In this document: piece by piece, positions 28,866 to 39,345 of the stretch
How positions within the stretch are numbered: position 1 is the first letter of the stretch
How the letters are laid out: the number at the start of each line of letters is the position of its first letter
Assembly: GCA_045863295.1 (NCBI GenBank)
Contig: BTWA01000005.1
Span: 96,001-160,000, forward strand
DNA: 64,000 nt
Source: Candidatus Hydrogenedentota bacterium
Lineage (GTDB): Bacteria; Hydrogenedentota; Hydrogenedentia; Hydrogenedentales; SLHB01
Direction of reading: 5' to 3'
The notes under the pieces: generated by a model
Seen by the model: only the letters and a program-made list of their open reading frames with translations
Database searches by the model: none
Told to the model about the DNA's origin: nothing
Translations under genes and position numbers: made by a program

Positions 28866-30464
28866 ATGGTTTTGCGATGGGGCCTATTGTGCGCATTGGG
28901 ATCCTTGTGCCTGGGGTGTCCTCTGTTTGCGCCTCCTCAAGAATCAACTTTCAGCGAGGCAGGCGAGGACGCCCTGAACCCGCCTGTTATTCAGGGGGCG
29001 CATCTCTTTCGGTTTGCCCACATTACTGACACTCAGTTGGTCGACGACGAAAGCCCTGCGCGGACCGTGCTGGTGGATAGTCTTGTCAATTCGGCGTGGC
29101 GTCCGCAGGAAGCACACGGCACGCAAACGCTCGACGCCACATTGCGGGTTATCAATGATTACCACATGAATCAAGTAGGAGGATTTCCAATAGATTTTCT
29201 GGTTGCTACGGGCGACCTCGCCGACTGTGCGCAGAAGAATGAGATCCGATGGTTCATTGATGTCATGGATGGGAAGGCGGTTTTGCCCGACAGCGGAACT
29301 CCAGACGGACAGAACCGGCCGGTCGCTCCGGCGGACAATCCAAAACTTGCGTTTCAGGCGGAAGGTCTGCATCCCGATATCCCGTGGTATACGGTGTTCG
29401 GCAACCATGACGGGCTTGCGGTGGGTGTTTTTCCCATCTCCGACCAGGACGCCGATCCCGCGAATTGGTATGCGCCGTTGTTTGATCCAGTGGCCAACGT
29501 ACTCGGCTTTTTTGCGTTGTCCCCGCCCGTTTCCGCGATGATGCCGACCTTGCCGCAGAGTCCGGCGGCCATATTTGGCACGGAGCCGCCGATGAACCCA
29601 AGCACGCTACAGTTATTAACGGAACAGCTCTTTCCTGATCGCATCGTGCCTGACCCGGACCGTCATTTCTTGAACCAGAAACTATTTATCAAGGAGCATT
29701 TCGATACGTCGACATTTCCTGTTGGCCACGGGTATACCGATGAAAAGCGGGTGAACGGCCAGGCGTTTTATAGTGCAAGGCCAATCAACGGCGTACCGTT
29801 GCGGCTGGTTGTGTTGGATACCGTATCGCCTTTGCCCGTGTTTGGCTTTCCGGTTGAATATGGCGTGCTGACGCGCGATCAATTTGAGACCTTTGTGAAG
29901 CCTGAATTCGAGGCGGCAAAAACTGCCGGCGAGTGGGTGATAGTTTTGTCACATCATCCGAGCAGCGACTTTGGCCGTTTCTATCCTGGTGACAACGTCA
30001 GCGACGTGGAGTTCAGGGACTATCTGAGCACGCAATCCAATATCATTGCCCATGTTTGCGGCCACGTACACGTCAATAAGGTATATCGTATCGACGGTGC
30101 TTATCCGTATTTTGAAATTCTGACCAGTTCGATTATCGATTATCCGCAGGAGGCGCGGATACTCGATGCCTACTACGATCAATCCACGGAAACGCTTACT
30201 TTGGTAAGCGATCTTATCAGCCACATGGACAATCCCACGGTCCTTTCGCAGGAGTCGTTTCGGAGGTCGGTTGTCGACAAGGATAACCGCACCGGCTTTT
30301 TGAAGCAGGGTATGTCCTGGAATGAACTGGTGGAATCCACCGGAGCGCCGGTATTTCACACCACGACACACACGCATGCGCCTTCTTCGGTTGAGAAGTT
30401 TGGAATGGAAGAAGATCGGCATTTCGTGGCGAGATTTCACCGGCCCAATCCAACGAAACCATAG
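28866..30464 (+). CDS. Calcineurin-like metallophosphoesterase, probable lipoprotein
   Basis: Lipobox-like LCLGC after ATG 28866 (SD GGAGAG); HITDTQ, TGDLAD, GNHD, SHH, GHVH. Confidence 0.85.
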   Translation: MVLRWGLLCALGSLCLGCPLFAPPQESTFSEAGEDALNPPVIQGAHLFRFAHITDTQLVDDESPARTVLVDSLVNSAWRPQEAHGTQTLDATLRVINDYHMNQVGGFPIDFLVATGDLADCAQKNEIRWFIDVMDGKAVLPDSGTPDGQNRPVAPADNPKLAFQAEGLHPDIPWYTVFGNHDGLAVGVFPISDQDADPANWYAPLFDPVANVLGFFALSPPVSAMMPTLPQSPAAIFGTEPPMNPSTLQLLTEQLFPDRIVPDPDRHFLNQKLFIKEHFDTSTFPVGHGYTDEKRVNGQAFYSARPINGVPLRLVVLDTVSPLPVFGFPVEYGVLTRDQFETFVKPEFEAAKTAGEWVIVLSHHPSSDFGRFYPGDNVSDVEFRDYLSTQSNIIAHVCGHVHVNKVYRIDGAYPYFEILTSSIIDYPQEARILDAYYDQSTETLTLVSDLISHMDNPTVLSQESFRRSVVDKDNRTGFLKQGMSWNELVESTGAPVFHTTTHTHAPSSVEKFGMEEDRHFVARFHRPNPTKP

Positions 30465-30546
30465 CCGGATCTTGTAAGGCGAAGGCGGGAGCCATTAGAG
30501 TAGTGGTTCCTGTATCACGCATGACAGACCGGGGAGAGAACGTCCG

Positions 30547-31308
30547 ATGAAAAAGTTACTTTGTTATACCATGGGTGCTTTTGCCTTCGTTGCCTTGACC
30601 TTTGTGGCCCTAGCCGATCCTGTTGAGTGGGTCAAGGGCGGCCTAATCACCCAAGGGGAAGCCGACGAGGGTTTTGTCCCCATTTTTAATGGAAAGGATT
30701 TGAACGGTTGGTGGATTCGCGGCGAAAACAAGGACGCGTACTATGTCAAAGATGGCAATCTGGTGGTTACCGGCAAGGAAGGCGGAGACTGGATTTTCAC
30801 TAACGAGGAATACGGGGATTTTGTGCTGCGCTATGAGTACCGTTGTGTAAGCGGCGAAGGGAACTCCGGTGTCGGAATACGGGCGCCCAAAGAGGGCAAT
30901 CCCGCGTTTGACGGGTTTGAGATTCAAGTGATACGAGCCGGCTGGGAGACGCCGTATCAACGGGCCGGCGCGTTGTATTCCGTGGTGCCTCCAAAGGTTG
31001 AAGCGGACAAGCCCTTTGGCGAATGGAACAGCGTCGAGATTCTTTGTGCCGGCGCGCGCGTGCGCACCCTGTTGAATGGGCAGGAACTGTACGACATCAA
31101 AGTGACCGACTATACCAAAGACACCGAAACCGAAGAGTGGCAGAAGCCCGCGGATACACGTCCGCTTAAAGGGTTTATTGGATTGCAGGACCATTCTGAC
31201 GAAGTGTGGTTTCGTAATCTACGCGTCAAGGCGTTGCCGGATACGGCCGAAGTGGACCCGCCCGCTACAACGGATGCGCCGAAACGCCGAGATAAAGAAG
31301 AAGGATGA
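30547..31308 (+). CDS. DUF1080 (3-keto-glycoside hydrolase-like) exported protein
   Basis: FNGKDLNGW, GNSGV, EIQV, GEWN, GFIGLQDH, FRNLRVK. Confidence 0.92.
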   Translation: MKKLLCYTMGAFAFVALTFVALADPVEWVKGGLITQGEADEGFVPIFNGKDLNGWWIRGENKDAYYVKDGNLVVTGKEGGDWIFTNEEYGDFVLRYEYRCVSGEGNSGVGIRAPKEGNPAFDGFEIQVIRAGWETPYQRAGALYSVVPPKVEADKPFGEWNSVEILCAGARVRTLLNGQELYDIKVTDYTKDTETEEWQKPADTRPLKGFIGLQDHSDEVWFRNLRVKALPDTAEVDPPATTDAPKRRDKEEG

Positions 31309-31985
31309 GGAGTGTGGGGGCGTCCCACGAGCGATCGAAAGTCACGTTAGCCCGCCGGACATTTTTGGCCGCGACGGTTGCGGGCAGTTTGTTGCCCGTC
31401 GGGGCATCGGCGGCGGCGCTGCCGGTCAGCGGTTATTTTTCAGCTTCCATTTTGCTTGCGGCGCGCGAGTACGTGATGCGCGCGAATCTGGGCAGGATTA
31501 CCCATATAAGCGCCGGTCTGCCTAACTCGGTGGTGGGGGACTTGGCCCGTACGATTGCGTTCAAAAACGATCCTTCGGCCAGCCCGGCTTTTTATGCCAT
31601 GCGCTACTATTTGCGTGATATTTATACCGTCGTCGGGCCGGTGGAACCGCTCCATGTGTCCGTTGCGGGCGGTACTTCCGGGAAAGCCACTGCACCAGAC
31701 CGCCTCCTGATGGAGACTGTTTTGCCGGGTGGCAATCGCATGGTGTTGGCTACGGGCACTATGAACGCCGAGGATGCCTTTATTGGCGTGCGATATGACA
31801 AGGGAATGCTCTTGGTCACGTCTGATGAGCTTCTCTGGGACTCGTACGCCCAACAGTCGACGCGTATGTTGGCCGCCAGCCGCGATCGATCGCCATTGAC
31901 TCTAGGTCCGCAGTCGCCTGCCTGCCTGGCAGCGGATGCCACCTTGGCCATGGCGTGGAGGGCGTGGCAAAACCGGCACGCATGA
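31305..31985 (+). CDS. Tat-signal protein resembling a truncated Gfo/Idh/MocA C-terminal domain
   Basis: ARRTFL twin-arginine motif; AREYVMRANLGRITHI, PLHVSVAGG, PD; no Rossmann GxGxxG; ATGA overlap with DUF1080 gene. Confidence 0.55.
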   Translation: MRSVGASHERSKVTLARRTFLAATVAGSLLPVGASAAALPVSGYFSASILLAAREYVMRANLGRITHISAGLPNSVVGDLARTIAFKNDPSASPAFYAMRYYLRDIYTVVGPVEPLHVSVAGGTSGKATAPDRLLMETVLPGGNRMVLATGTMNAEDAFIGVRYDKGMLLVTSDELLWDSYAQQSTRMLAASRDRSPLTLGPQSPACLAADATLAMAWRAWQNRHA

Positions 31986-31995
31986 CCAACCGCAT

Positions 31996-32661
31996 TCAGT
32001 CGCGCCTTCCGCGGCTATAGCCGTTTAGCTGGGCCAGTGCCTCCGGCAGTTCCGCCAATGCAGCAATCCTTGCATGTGCGCCTTGCCATTCCCGCTCATT
32101 GCCGAAGCCGTACAGCGCCGCGACCGAATATATTCCGTGGGCGGATGCGGCACGTACATCATCCACCCGGTCCCCGATGACGACAGCCGGCCGGGTCTCG
32201 CATTGGGCAAGCAGATATCCCGTCATTTCAATCTTGTCTTTGAAGCGATCCGCCCTGCACATGGGGATATCCACCAGTTCGCGCAAGCCGTGATGATCGA
32301 GCACCTCGTCAAAATAGTCTTGGGGTGCGTTTGAGGATGTGGCGATAGTGCAGCCGCTTTCCTTCAATAGTCGCAGTGTGTCAATGGCACCCGGATACAA
32401 GGCGCCCGCTTCGGCGATTAATTCCAATTCACGCTTATCGGTTTGCTCCACGATGACGTCTAGCATGCCGAGTGGGCACTGCTGCACCAACCACGCATGG
32501 TAGTCTTCGACGTGCGCTCCAAAAAACGTCGCAATGATTTTCGCGTCGGGAACCGGGAGTCCGTGTGCGGCAAAAGTTTCCTGAACGGCGGGAATAGTGA
32601 CGCGATCGGCTTGGAACAACGTACCATCGACATCGAATATCAGAAAGAGTTGTGAACTCAT
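31996..32661 (-). CDS. HAD-family hydrolase (phosphoglycolate-phosphatase-like)
   Basis: IFDVDGTL, SSN, K, IGDRVDD; start at ATG 32661. Confidence 0.92.
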   Translation of the reverse strand: MSSQLFLIFDVDGTLFQADRVTIPAVQETFAAHGLPVPDAKIIATFFGAHVEDYHAWLVQQCPLGMLDVIVEQTDKRELELIAEAGALYPGAIDTLRLLKESGCTIATSSNAPQDYFDEVLDHHGLRELVDIPMCRADRFKDKIEMTGYLLAQCETRPAVVIGDRVDDVRAASAHGIYSVAALYGFGNEREWQGAHARIAALAELPEALAQLNGYSRGRRD

Positions 32662-32769
32662 GTTCTCGCTTCCGGTAGCGGTTTGCCGGAGATACTGGGC
32701 AGGTGTACACTCTCGACTCGACTCTGGAACTTGCCCATTATGCCAAATCCCTGACATGGAGCGCCAAGC

Positions 32770-33468
32770 ATGAGACTGGTCTATCTTCAACATGTTGATG
32801 CCGAGGACCTGGCAAACATCGAGCCCTGGGCGACAGCCAAAGGATTCGCCATCAGGGGCGTGCCGATGCATCGGGGCGGTGTGCTGCCAGATGTCCAGGA
32901 CCTCGATTGGCTTGTGGTCATGGGTGGGCCAATGAATATCCACGAGCATGACGCGCATCCGTGGCTGGTTTCGGAGAAGGCGTTTATTCGCGCATGTATC
33001 GAAGTAGGCAAAACGGTTGTAGGCGTTTGTCTTGGAGGTCAACTCATTGCCGACGTGCTGGGCGGTCCGGTCACGCGCAATGAGTACAAGGAAATCGGAT
33101 GGTGGCCGGTCAACCTTACGGACGAAGGCGCGGCCCTGCCGTTGTTCGAGGGGTTTCCCAAGGAATTTGTGGCCTTCCACTGGCACGGAGATACGTTTGC
33201 CACGCCGCCCGGGGCGGTGCGCGTCATCGAATCCGAGGGTTGCGCGAATCAGGCGTATCTATATGGCGACCGGGTGCTGGGACTTCAGTTTCACCTTGAA
33301 GAATCGACAGCCGCCGTTGATCAGTTGCTGAAACACTTCGAGCACGAGATGACGCCGGGAAGATACGTGCAATCGCCGGAACAAGTGCGCGAAGGACAAT
33401 TGTACATTCCCGCGATGAACAAGCTGCTCTATAAAATGTTAGATGGGCTGTTTGCGAGTAACCGGTGA
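32770..33468 (+). CDS. Class I glutamine amidotransferase
   Basis: MGGPM, GVCLGGQL, HWHGDTF, QFHLE. Confidence 0.93.
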   Translation: MRLVYLQHVDAEDLANIEPWATAKGFAIRGVPMHRGGVLPDVQDLDWLVVMGGPMNIHEHDAHPWLVSEKAFIRACIEVGKTVVGVCLGGQLIADVLGGPVTRNEYKEIGWWPVNLTDEGAALPLFEGFPKEFVAFHWHGDTFATPPGAVRVIESEGCANQAYLYGDRVLGLQFHLEESTAAVDQLLKHFEHEMTPGRYVQSPEQVREGQLYIPAMNKLLYKMLDGLFASNR

Positions 33469-33603
33469 ATGCGGAAAACGCCCACTCTCAACTGGCCGAG
33501 TGCGAACCGCACAGTATCCAATGAGTGAGCTTGTCTCTTCTTTCCAGCCCAACTTTGCACTGCATCCAACTCTACGTTGGGGTCGTGAAACGACACAATT
33601 CCT

Positions 33604-34281
33604 TTATTTCACAACCTTGGCGCGGATGACAATATCATCAAAACATCCGACATCGTCGAACGAGCCGATCCCGATGGCGCCAGTTGCGAACGTTTTGTCC
33701 TCGGCTACCATGATGGGCTTTTCCATGTCGTTGAAGTAGACTTCGATGCTGCCGGATTCGGTATTGCGAACGACACGCACAGTATTGTACGAGTCGGTTG
33801 ATCCCCAATCGGTGCCACTAGTGCGATCTTTCGCAATCGACACGCGTGGTTCGTTGTTCACGAGAAAGATTGAATTGGCGTGGTCATCGGCCTTCGTTGC
33901 GATGTGGACGTAATAAAAGTGAGCGGCATCCTGTTTGCCGAAAAAGATGCAGAGATCGCGATGTCCGTACTCCTTGCCGGTCTGCTTCAGCTTGCCTTCA
34001 AAGACAAAATCAGAAACGTTCAGGTCCTTAATCCACGCAATGTTCAACGGGGAACGCACCGGCGGAGCATAGTCGCTGCCTTGAAACAGATGAAAAACTT
34101 TGTTTCCGCCTTCGTCCTCGATCTTCCAGGCCTTTGTGTCGGTCGGTTCCCAACGATCGGCGCCGTTTTCGAAATCATCCTCGAACACAACTGGCAATTT
34201 GTCCTCGGCCTTCGTGTCCTCCGCCGTTGCACAGCAGCTTAGCACAAACACAGCGGCGGCGGTCCAAGTCAGATTTCGCAT
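33604..34281 (-). CDS. Exported ConA-like/DUF1080-like beta-sandwich protein
   Basis: Signal peptide; FEDDFE, GAIGIGSFDD...FDDIVI. Confidence 0.7.
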   Translation of the reverse strand: MRNLTWTAAAVFVLSCCATAEDTKAEDKLPVVFEDDFENGADRWEPTDTKAWKIEDEGGNKVFHLFQGSDYAPPVRSPLNIAWIKDLNVSDFVFEGKLKQTGKEYGHRDLCIFFGKQDAAHFYYVHIATKADDHANSIFLVNNEPRVSIAKDRTSGTDWGSTDSYNTVRVVRNTESGSIEVYFNDMEKPIMVAEDKTFATGAIGIGSFDDVGCFDDIVIRAKVVK

Positions 34282-34305
34282 GGCATTTCCTCCAGTAGTC
34301 GCCGA

Positions 34306-35028
34306 TTAATCTTCATCGCCCAGATAGGCCTCTTTTACTCTTGGATCGGTTAGAAGCGAGGCCGCTTTGTCCTGCAAGACGATTTCGCCCGTTTCCAGCA
34401 CGTAGCCGCGGTGCGCGAGCCTCAACGCGAGATGCGCGTTCTGCTCCACCAGCAAGATGGTCATGCCCTGCTGATTCAGTTCGCGAATGGTTTCGAAAAT
34501 TTTCGCGGTCAGGATCGGGGCGACGCCCATGGAGGGCTCGTCCATCAACAACAATTTGGGCCGGCTCATCATGGCGCGGCCGATTGCGAGCATCTGCTGT
34601 TCGCCGCCGGACAACGTGCCGCCCAACTGACGGCGGCGTTCACCCAGGATAGGAAACAGCGCGTAGACTTTATCGAGGTCCGACTTCACACCGTCCGCAT
34701 CCCGCCTCAAATAGGCACCGAGTTCCAAATTTTCCAGCACGGTCAATTTAGAGAAGATCCGGCGGCCTTCGGGCACCTGGGCCAGACCGCGCGCTACAAG
34801 CGTATGCGCTTTGCAGTTGGCAATGTTTCTGCCATCAAAATGAATAGCGCCTTTGCGGACTGGATGAATGCCGGAAACGCACATCAAGGTTGAGGACTTT
34901 CCCGCACCGTTCGCACCTATCAACGTCACGATTTCCCCGGGAAAAACATCCAGCGAGACGCCCTTCAGCGCCTCGATAGGTCCGTAGCCGGCCCGCACCT
35001 CTTTAATGGACAGAAGCGGCTCTGCCAT
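34306..35028 (-). CDS. livF: Branched-chain amino acid ABC transporter ATPase
   Basis: GANGAGKS, VPEGRRIF, LSGGEQQM, DEPSMG, VEQNA. Confidence 0.95.
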   Translation of the reverse strand: MAEPLLSIKEVRAGYGPIEALKGVSLDVFPGEIVTLIGANGAGKSSTLMCVSGIHPVRKGAIHFDGRNIANCKAHTLVARGLAQVPEGRRIFSKLTVLENLELGAYLRRDADGVKSDLDKVYALFPILGERRRQLGGTLSGGEQQMLAIGRAMMSRPKLLLMDEPSMGVAPILTAKIFETIRELNQQGMTILLVEQNAHLALRLAHRGYVLETGEIVLQDKAASLLTDPRVKEAYLGDED

Positions 35029-36059
35029 CAGACGTTTTCCGTGCCGAGATAGGCCTTGCGCACCTTGGGGTCGGCCTGCACTTCATCCGGCGTGCCTTCG
35101 GCAATCTTATTTCCGTAATCGAGCACCGCAATGCGATCGGAGACGCTCATGACGAGATCCATGTGATGTTCGATTAACACGACGGCAATACCGCGATCCC
35201 GTATTTTTCGAATGAGGCCCATCAACTCCACCGATTCCGTCGGATTCATACCCGCTGCGGGTTCGTCGAGGAGAATGATTTTCGGTTCGCTGGCCAGCGC
35301 GCGCGCGATCTCAAGCCGCCGTTGATGTCCGTAGGAAAGCGAAGCAGCGGGTGCGCTGGCGTCGTCGTCGAGTTCGACAAACTCGAGCAATTCCATGGCC
35401 TTCCTCTGTGCGTGCGCCTTTTCCTTAAAGTAATACGGCAATCTGAAGGCCGCGTGCCAGAATCTGGATCGGAGTTTGGTGTCCATACCTACCAATACAT
35501 TCTCCAACACGGTCATCTGGTGGAAGAGGCGCGGATTCTGAAATGTCCGCGCCACACCACAGTTGGCCACGGCATCGGGGGTGCGCCTCGCACGATTCCA
35601 CACCGCATACGCTCCCGCCAAACCAATCCCAAACCCAGCCGCCGCGGGCAGGGCGTTCAACGTCCACGGCTGTTGCCGGAAGAACGTTATGCTGTCCGCG
35701 AGCGCTTTTCGCCATGGAAACGCTTGCTGATAAACATAGTTCGCCGTGATTGAAGCATCCCAGAGGCCCTGTAAATTGAGCGCGGCTGCGCAACCCAGCG
35801 AGGTCAGGCACGTAACGAGGATCAGGCCTGTGGCGGTGGTGAGCGTAAATGGTCGCATACCACGGACACCGCCAATCAATACGGCGCCCTCCGTGGGTTC
35901 GTACACTCCGGTAATTGCGTTGAAGATGGTTGTCTTGCCTGCGCCATTGGGGCCGATAATCGAAAAGATCTGCCCGCTTTCCACTTTCACGTCGACGTTG
36001 TTTACTGCGGTCAGTCCGCCGAAACGCAACGTGACATTTTTAACATGCAGCAAGCTCAT
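35028..36059 (-). CDS. livG: Branched-chain amino acid ABC transporter ATPase with an internal hydrophobic insertion
   Basis: GPNGAGKTT, ARTFQN, LSYGHQRRLEIARAL, DEPAAG; ATG overlaps the livM TGA. Confidence 0.93.
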   Translation of the reverse strand: MSLLHVKNVTLRFGGLTAVNNVDVKVESGQIFSIIGPNGAGKTTIFNAITGVYEPTEGAVLIGGVRGMRPFTLTTATGLILVTCLTSLGCAAALNLQGLWDASITANYVYQQAFPWRKALADSITFFRQQPWTLNALPAAAGFGIGLAGAYAVWNRARRTPDAVANCGVARTFQNPRLFHQMTVLENVLVGMDTKLRSRFWHAAFRLPYYFKEKAHAQRKAMELLEFVELDDDASAPAASLSYGHQRRLEIARALASEPKIILLDEPAAGMNPTESVELMGLIRKIRDRGIAVVLIEHHMDLVMSVSDRIAVLDYGNKIAEGTPDEVQADPKVRKAYLGTENV

Positions 36060-37144
36060 CACGGACAGGCTTTCTTCTTTTTTGCGGCGCGCGCGTCTTC
36101 GTCGGCTTCGTGCAATTCCGCGCGCACTTGTCGCGAAGGCAGCAATCCCTCCGGTTTGAACCGCATGGTGAGGATGAGCGCCAGACCAAAGACCATGTAT
36201 TTCCAATTGCCGGGAACAGTCAATACATTTTGTGTATCGACGATGCCACGCTGTGTAAGGATATCCGTCAACTTAACCAGAATGATGGAATTAAATCCTA
36301 CCATGACCAAGGCGCCGAGCAACACGCCGCTAATATTGCCCATACCGCCGATGATGACCATGCAAAGCGCAATAATGGAGATATTGAAGTCGTAATTGCC
36401 GGGCTCGCCCGTCGAGCCCAGATAGGCCGCCCACAGTGCGCCGGACAGACTTGCCAGCGACGCGCCCATGGCAAAAGCCAACAACTTGGTCTTTACCGGA
36501 TTGATGCCCATGCATGTGGCTGCAATTTCGTCCTCGCGGATCGAAATCCACGAGCGGCCCACCCGCGAATGCTCCAGATTGCGGTTCAAGATCACAACCA
36601 CGGCCAACACTGCCAGTAACAAAAAGTACCATGGCCGCCAGTTTTCCGAAACGAGCACATAGCCAAACACAGAAGGTGGTGGAAGCGGATTTATGCCTTG
36701 CGTGCCTTGGGTGATTGAATCGAGATTCTTCAGCGAATCCTGCACCATCTCGCCGAAACCGAGCGTTACAATGGCCAAATAGTCGCCACGCAACCGAATG
36801 GTCGGCAATCCCAGCACGAACCCGGCCGTGGCCCCCACGAGAAGGGTAACGCCGAGGGCGGACCAGAACCCCAATTGAAACGGATAGATGTCGCACGTGA
36901 ATATCGCGTAGCTGTAGGCGCCTATTGCCATGAACGCAGCCACACCCAGATTCAACAATCCGGTGTAGCCCGTAACGATATTCAGGCCGAGCCCAAGAAT
37001 CGCGAAAATGAAGATTGGGCGCATGAGCGCGGCGTGTTGTATCAGGGGTGGCAGGAATGGGTCCACAAAGGGGAGCAGAAGCGCAATGGCCAATAAGATC
37101 CAAATGGAATGGAGAACGAGGAATCGGCGAAGGCTTCGCAGCAT
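36059..37144 (-). CDS. livM: Branched-chain amino acid ABC transporter permease
   Basis: GLNIVTGYTGLLNLG, RLRGDYLAIVTLGFGE, IREDEIAA. Confidence 0.95.
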   Translation of the reverse strand: MLRSLRRFLVLHSIWILLAIALLLPFVDPFLPPLIQHAALMRPIFIFAILGLGLNIVTGYTGLLNLGVAAFMAIGAYSYAIFTCDIYPFQLGFWSALGVTLLVGATAGFVLGLPTIRLRGDYLAIVTLGFGEMVQDSLKNLDSITQGTQGINPLPPPSVFGYVLVSENWRPWYFLLLAVLAVVVILNRNLEHSRVGRSWISIREDEIAATCMGINPVKTKLLAFAMGASLASLSGALWAAYLGSTGEPGNYDFNISIIALCMVIIGGMGNISGVLLGALVMVGFNSIILVKLTDILTQRGIVDTQNVLTVPGNWKYMVFGLALILTMRFKPEGLLPSRQVRAELHEADEDARAAKKKKACP

Positions 37145-37146
37145 GC

Positions 37147-38109
37147 CTACACCTTTTCACGGGCGGGCACGCCCAACAGGCCGGAAGGCCGAAACGTCAA
37201 TACCACCACCAGGATCGTGAATACGACTACATTGGTCCATTCGGTGGCGATGTATTGGTCACTCATGGCGCGAATGATACCGATCACGATTCCGCCCAGC
37301 ATGGCCCCTGGCAGGTTACCGATGCCGCCCAGCACCGCTGCGGTGAATGCATCCATGCCCACGCGAAAACCCATTTGAAAATAGATGGTTTGGTTGTACG
37401 ACGCGTAGACAACACTGGCCACGCCGGCGAGCGCGCCGCCAATCAAAAACGTGGAACCAATGACGCGATCCACGTCGACGCCCATGAGCCTTGCCGCGAC
37501 GGGATTCTGTGCCACCGCCCGCATGGCCTTTCCCAGCCGTGTGAACTTCACCAGCATGCTCAGCCCGATCATCATGGGCACTGTGATTCCAAAGACCAGC
37601 AACTCATTCCACGTCAAGATAATGTTGCTCTCGTCACCCAACAGGTTCGTACTGGATACGAGCGCGGGGAAATCCTTTGGCGCAGCGGCGGCCACGCCGT
37701 CGCTGAAGACGTCCATGGGGAGGCCGCCCCAAAACAGCCCCAGATTTAGAAACACGAACGAAACGCCGATGGCGGATACCAACGGCGCCAGGCGTGGCGC
37801 ATTGCGCAATGGACGGTATGCCAGACGATCCACGCTCCAATTCAACGTGGCGCAGAAGATGGGCACCGCAATAAAGAGCGGGATGACCCCCCAGGAGACC
37901 ATCGCCGGTTCGGCCATTTGATCCAGGCCGAGAGCGCCCAGAATGGTAAGGGCCAGAAACGTGCCAAGCATAAACAAGTCGCCATGGGCGAAATTGATCA
38001 ACTCGACAATGCCATACACCATGGTGTAGCCAAGCGCGATAAGGGCAATGATCGTGCCGTTCGAAAGGCCTATGATCAATTGCTGCAGAAAAACCTCGGT
38101 GTTGGTCAT
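37147..38109 (-). CDS. livH: Branched-chain amino acid ABC transporter permease
   Basis: ALIALGYTMVYGIVELINFAHG, AFTAAVLGGIG, RPSGLLG. Confidence 0.95.
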   Translation of the reverse strand: MTNTEVFLQQLIIGLSNGTIIALIALGYTMVYGIVELINFAHGDLFMLGTFLALTILGALGLDQMAEPAMVSWGVIPLFIAVPIFCATLNWSVDRLAYRPLRNAPRLAPLVSAIGVSFVFLNLGLFWGGLPMDVFSDGVAAAAPKDFPALVSSTNLLGDESNIILTWNELLVFGITVPMMIGLSMLVKFTRLGKAMRAVAQNPVAARLMGVDVDRVIGSTFLIGGALAGVASVVYASYNQTIYFQMGFRVGMDAFTAAVLGGIGNLPGAMLGGIVIGIIRAMSDQYIATEWTNVVVFTILVVVLTFRPSGLLGVPAREKV

Positions 38110-38142
38110 CGTTGCGCGGACACCCCCCAAGTGCCGTGGGCT

Positions 38143-39345
38143 TTACTGCCCGAGAATCTTCACGAATTCGAACTTGCCGTTTTTCACCGTGTTGCCGCTC
38201 AGCGTTTTCATGGTGATGTCACCGTTCTCGTCAAACGACCATTTTCCCAGCAAGCCGTCGAAATCCTTGATTTGGCCGCATGCGGCGGAAATGGCCGCGC
38301 GGTCTTTCTTTCCGGCGATTCGGATAGCTTCGAGCACCGCCCGCGCGGATTCGTATCCATAGGCCGAATAGGCCTGCGGTTCGCTGTTGTATTTTTCCTT
38401 GTACCGTTGGTAGTAGTCGGCGCCCTTGCCCGTCAGCTTGTCCGCCGGCAATCCGCCAAACGTGATAAATGTGTTGCCTTCCAGATTGTTGGCGCCCGCG
38501 GCTTGAATGAACGCATCTTCAAAACAGCCGTCGGGCACCATGTACTTCACCGTCAAATTGGCTGACCGCAAGTCCTTGGCGATTTGCCCCGCGTTTGTTT
38601 GCGTCGTGCCGCCGAAGTACACCAGGTCGGGCCGCTTCTGTTTGATCTTCGTCACCAGCGACCGGTAGTTCGCGGCTTTGGGGTCGATTCCTTCAAAGCC
38701 CACGATTTGCAAACCCAGCGGACCACTCGATTTTTCAAACATCGTCGCGATGCCTTTGCCGTAGAGTTCGCGATCGTGCAGGATGAACACCTTCGTGCAG
38801 CCCAACTCTTTGGCCCATTGCGCGGCCACCATGCCTTGAATATCGTCCGCGGGCACCACCCTATAATACGTGATCTTACCGGAAGGCCGGTAAATGCCCG
38901 GCTCGTTCGCTTCGCCAATCTTCGGCTTAGTCAATCCCGGCCACGTGTTCGCTGGGCTCACCATCAGCAATTGCGCCTGATTCAGCTTCGGCATCGCAAT
39001 TTTCGCGGCACCGCTGTTAAACGTCCCGATATAGGCCATGATGTCCGGGTCCGCCACTGCCTTGTCCGCGTTGGCCGCTTCCACGGCCGGATCCCACTGG
39101 CCTCGCTCCGGCGAGGCGTCGTCCCACGCTTCGTATTGGATCGTGAACTCGCCCACTTTTCCGCCCACCTCGTCAATGGCGAGTTTAATGCCATTCACAA
39201 TGGTCATAATCTGCGCGTTGGCACTGCCCGTCCGGGGCAGGCTGGACACGATCTTAATCACGTTCGGGGTTTGGGCAAGCGTAACCGGCGCGGCCGCAAA
39301 AAGCGCGATCGCCGCCAAGCATGCACACCATGTAAAGCGCCGCAT
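38143..39345 (-). CDS. Branched-chain amino acid ABC transporter substrate-binding protein (LivK/LivJ family)
   Basis: Signal peptide; IGTFNSG, RVVPADDIQG, YGKGIA; first gene of the liv operon. Confidence 0.92.
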   Translation of the reverse strand: MRRFTWCACLAAIALFAAAPVTLAQTPNVIKIVSSLPRTGSANAQIMTIVNGIKLAIDEVGGKVGEFTIQYEAWDDASPERGQWDPAVEAANADKAVADPDIMAYIGTFNSGAAKIAMPKLNQAQLLMVSPANTWPGLTKPKIGEANEPGIYRPSGKITYYRVVPADDIQGMVAAQWAKELGCTKVFILHDRELYGKGIATMFEKSSGPLGLQIVGFEGIDPKAANYRSLVTKIKQKRPDLVYFGGTTQTNAGQIAKDLRSANLTVKYMVPDGCFEDAFIQAAGANNLEGNTFITFGGLPADKLTGKGADYYQRYKEKYNSEPQAYSAYGYESARAVLEAIRIAGKKDRAAISAACGQIKDFDGLLGKWSFDENGDITMKTLSGNTVKNGKFEFVKILGQ

